From contig NMRA01000801.1 in NCBI GenBank assembly GCA_002633005.1, positions 76,600 to 140,599 on the forward strand: a stretch of 64,000 bases of DNA. The letters are read 5' to 3'. Origin of the DNA: Phoronis australis. Taxonomy: Eukaryota > Animalia > Phoronida. Position 1 is the first letter of the stretch. Each line of letters opens with the position of its first letter. Positions 60,495 to 64,000 of the stretch are shown piece after piece. Position numbers and translations under genes: made by a program. Below the pieces are notes generated by a model. It was not told where the DNA came from. It ran no database searches and saw only the letters and a list, made by a program, of their open reading frames with translations.

Positions 60495-60903
60495 AAGGTC
60501 CATGTCCCTATATAAAGTACAGAATGGCAGTGGCATGTGAGTCTGTTGAAAGCAGACACTCTGGCAACTAACCACGTGCTAATGATTGACAGGTCTACCA
60601 AGTACTTTGAAAATAGTTTGAATATTGCAACATTTTAAATACTTTGTATATCTCTTTCCGAGTTGAAAGGGCCAACTTCCTGCTTTGATTAAGTGGGAGT
60701 CTTNGCAAGGTCCATGTCCCTATATAAAGTACAGAATGGCAGTAGCATGTGAGTCTATTGAAAGCAGACACTCTGGCAACCAACCAGGTGCTAATGATTG
60801 ACAGGTCTACCAAATAGTTTGAAAATTGCAACATTTTAAATACTTTGTATATCTCTTTCCCAGTTGAAAGGGCCAACTTCCAGCTTTGATTAACTGGGAG
60901 TCT
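60495..60903 (+). repeat. ~200-bp tandem duplication around an n join (likely assembly/haplotype artefact)
   Basis: CAAGGTCCATGTCCCTATATAAAGTACAG occurs twice, with the second copy starting right after the n at 60704. Confidence 0.7.
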
Positions 60904-62236
60904 TAGTAATCTTTCAATGTGGTTGTCCAAACTGGAGAAATTCTGATTGACAGGGCGTCCAAATGATACATTGGGCGTCTTTGCCAGGGCGTCTACATTA
61001 GTGCTAGGGCGTCCATTTGGACGCCCAGGACGTACGCTGCATGAAGGCCTGGAAGTAGGTATGAAATTCCGTACTGTGATAGGATTCTATTTCCGTTACT
61101 AACAAGAACATCAAAATCATCAGAAACTTCAGAAAATGTTTCAAAGCAATTTGGGCTGAAAATTACAGAATCCTTGTTTTTTGTGATTTTATTAATTTGT
61201 TGTCGCTGTCTGCCAGACATTTGCTGAAATCAAGGCGCTGCTGTTATTTTCTGAAAAATTACTTTTCTCGCCAAGAATGTCCCTTCAAATCTCACCACTA
61301 GTAGGCTTTGTTAGTGTCACGTGTTAAGAATTTGAAGCATTGGACGATGTCAAGGCTCGTCACTTAAAGTGCCGTCCACTTACCTTAGAACAAGTTACTC
61401 CTGGAACAAGTTGTTGTTAGGTTTGGGGGCTGTGTGGACGCTACTTAAACTAATGCATCTTGTCCCACTTGTGACAACTAACTCCACCTTATTGAGGTGA
61501 GGTAACTTGATCTAGAATAACTAGTGCCACTTTTAGTTCCTATTTGGCCGCAAGCCTGGGACAACGCGAAAGTGATCATCAGCTGCGGGTACATAAGACC
61601 AGGTTTCTGGTCCAGACCGGGTTTCTGGTCCGTGTTGGCATTAGCTATTGTCGTGGACTACGTCAGGTTGGGCATGGTAAATGTAAAATTGTTGGTGAAA
61701 GGGGTGCTCGCATGGCAACAAGTGCTTTGTGCAGTACAAAATAAATGCAATAAGACAAATTCAATTTCCCTTTATGTCGCCTAAATCTGTTGAGAGCAAA
61801 AACATATGGTAATGAATATTAGAGCAATGAAATTCCAATTATGCATTGACTTAGCTACCTTATTAATTGTTCTGTTAGTTCCCTTTCATTCTTGGGTCAT
61901 TAAGGAAGATTACTCTGACGATGAACTCCTCTGCTTCTGCCCAGTTGCCGTGACGATGAATTCCGAATCATTTTGTCTGAATACTTTGACTTGAACCGTA
62001 GGTATACGGACTTAGTGAAAGCTTGTACTTTTTGTTGAAATGGCCGTGGCTGAGCAAGAAAAGGTGACACCTTTCTACGAACTTAAGGAGTTCACTATAT
62101 TTCAGGTACCACTCTGGGGCTTAATTAACCCTCTTTAGTTACCTGTTGTGTTGGCAAGGCATGTGGGAAAACTTGCTCATGAAATTGTCCAAGGCCTGCA
62201 CCCCCTGTTTACACGTAACCTGTTTATTGTTTACAG

Positions 62237-62442
62237 ATCTCCAGTTATAGAGAGAAGGCCAGAGAGAGGGTGCTGACAGACCGATTCTGGAGCAAGATCA
62301 AGGTCTACCCATCAACTGGCCCGACCTTCCACTATCTTACTAGCCAGATTCTATGAGGTGACACGTGGCAAAGAGACATGAGAGACGAACTGAAACATGA
62401 ATGGATCACACAACAGTATTAGTTCACCTGATCAGAATGCAG
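62237..62442 (+). other. Candidate exon of an unidentified gene; possible CDS start at 62397 (MNGSHNSISSPDQNA/G)
   Basis: Acceptor TTTATTGTTTACAG ending 62236; perfect donor CAG|GTGAGT at 62443; purine-rich exon-like composition. Confidence 0.45.
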
Positions 62443-63031
62443 GTGAGTGACAGGACCATGGGGTCATCATAGATTTTGCGAGGTTGTGTAGGACCCTGGA
62501 AAAATGTCGAAATTTGTCTAACTCTGGAACATCTTGTCTCTGAAGCGGCTTGTCGGATTCATATGAAATTTTCAGATACTATACTTTGTTCACTGTTGTC
62601 TAGAATGTTGTTTGGAATTGATGTTTAAGGTGTTCTAATTTTGCATTAGGGGTTATAAATTTTTTTAATCTTTTATGATTTTCATCACAAAAATGTTTAA
62701 GTTTTTCAAAAAGAAATACTATTTTAGAAAACTTTAACGCCTATTTTGCAATCTCACTTTGAAAATTGACTTGAAATAAAATTTGATTACGTTAGTCACA
62801 ATGTTTTTTCGCTATCAATGTACTTTTATTTTGGCTAAATTTTACTGAAAAGACATAGTCACATGACCCAATCAATGGCTGATTGGTAAAAAGTCATAAA
62901 TAAATTTCTACAGTCTCTCTACTTTCAGAAAATACGTACTTTTACCGAGTTAAAATCAAAAGTTTTGTAGGTATTGGCTAAATGCACAGACTTAAAGTCC
63001 TTATATGGCCTTGATCAGTCTGTTTATAGAT

Positions 63032-63424
63032 CAGGGCTTGGAATTTTCCGCGGAAACGCGGATTTCCGCTTTTTTCAAATGTGCTTTCCGCTTTTTTTAT
63101 AATATTTCCGTGTAAAAAAATCGGATTTGATATAAAATTTCCGCGGCAAATTCCTTTCTTACCGCGGCGTTGCAGACGACGTTCACCTCGAAAAGCGGAA
63201 GTTGCTCTTTATGTTTCGGAGGAACGAAAATTGTCAACATTGCCGGGGCATCTGGGACAGCGTGGTGGGATTTTCAATGGCGTCTCGTGTTATTTTTTTA
63301 GTCCTCCCGATTTTTGTCGGGGAAAGGTTCACATTGACCAATTCAAGGCTTGTTATCGGCATGATTTGGGCCGTAAAAGTTTCGAAGTTTCCGCGTTTTT
63401 TGTCATTGGTCATTCCAAGCCCTG
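63032..63424. mobile_element. MITE with CAGGGCTTGGAA TIRs and 6-bp TSD ATAGAT (hAT-like)
   Basis: CAGGGCTTGGAAT...ATTCCAAGCCCTG flanked by ATAGAT on both sides. Confidence 0.85.
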
Positions 63425-63926
63425 ATAGATTTTTTTCTGGTGAGAAGCGGTAGGTTTTCCTGTGCTAACAGGTTGAAAGGAAGAAAGTGTGGAACGTTAT
63501 TATGTAAAACTGTGATCTAATGTGGCAAACTTCAACATTTGGTCATGCCAAGTCTGTTTGATCTGTCATAAAATTTGTTCGTTTGTTTGTTTTTATCTTG
63601 TATTTCGTGCTGTAGGCGCATTTCTTATCCAATCTTGTAAGAAATTTTAAATCAGCATGTTTGTTGGCAGCTCAATGCCTATTGTTTTGGTTGAAATCAT
63701 ATGCAACATGGTGCTGTGGCAGCCATTTTTCTATTTTTCACTTTAGAGAAAACGTTTTCCTTACCCATGTTGCCAAACAAAATATGAGGTCGCATTAGCG
63801 ACATGTGGGTTGCTAAATTGAGCCATGTGGGTTACAGTATATCTGTTTCTGTCGCTGACTTACCGTTCTTGTGATATTTGAAATTTAGTGGCCAGTGTTC
63901 TTTCATTGAGTTAAGCTAACACTAGA

Positions 63927-64000
63927 GGAGGCAGTGTGGCCTGGTTGATAAGTGCCCGCTTTCTTTACTCGAGGTCGTGGGTTCAAGTCCCGCCAGGTCA
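63927..64000 (+). mobile_element. tRNA-derived SINE head, cut by the window end
   Basis: A-box-like TGGCCTGGTTGA and B box GGTTCAAGTCC with T-stem GTGGG/CCCGC. Confidence 0.7.

Noticed and set aside
61905-61980. C/D snoRNA or hammerhead suggested by TGACGATGA and CTGA motifs
   Set aside because: No terminal stem, canonical box C or GAAA core could be identified.
63927-64000. Functional tRNA gene
   Set aside because: The acceptor and anticodon arms do not pair convincingly; a SINE head explains it better.

Overview
AT-rich, repeat-dense eukaryotic DNA, most likely an invertebrate draft assembly, with four long N-gaps and several single-n joins. One gene is securely recognisable: a 3-exon PIN1 (parvulin-type prolyl isomerase with WW domain, 154 aa) on the + strand, join(7675..7723,14187..14381,18243..18463). 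It appears to share a bidirectional promoter with an unidentified minus-strand transcript. A second unidentified + strand spliced transcript may start near 25081, and further candidate exons lie near 58.9 kb and 62.2 kb. The rest is a patchwork of transposon relics: a CR1-type LINE split by a Tc1/mariner-type MITE, an Academ-like XPG fragment, Helentron-type HINEs with internal satellite arrays, two centrally deleted Kolobok elements (THAP transposase facing a P2X7-ballast-like KolX ORF), two Penelope 3' ends carrying hammerhead ribozyme motifs, several MITEs and tRNA-derived heads. The most unusual observation is an 8 x 31-bp minisatellite built from the PIN1 intron 1/exon 2 junction itself. 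It gives a tandem array of splice acceptors in which only the last yields functional protein. All family assignments come from motif recognition by eye; no database searches were run.
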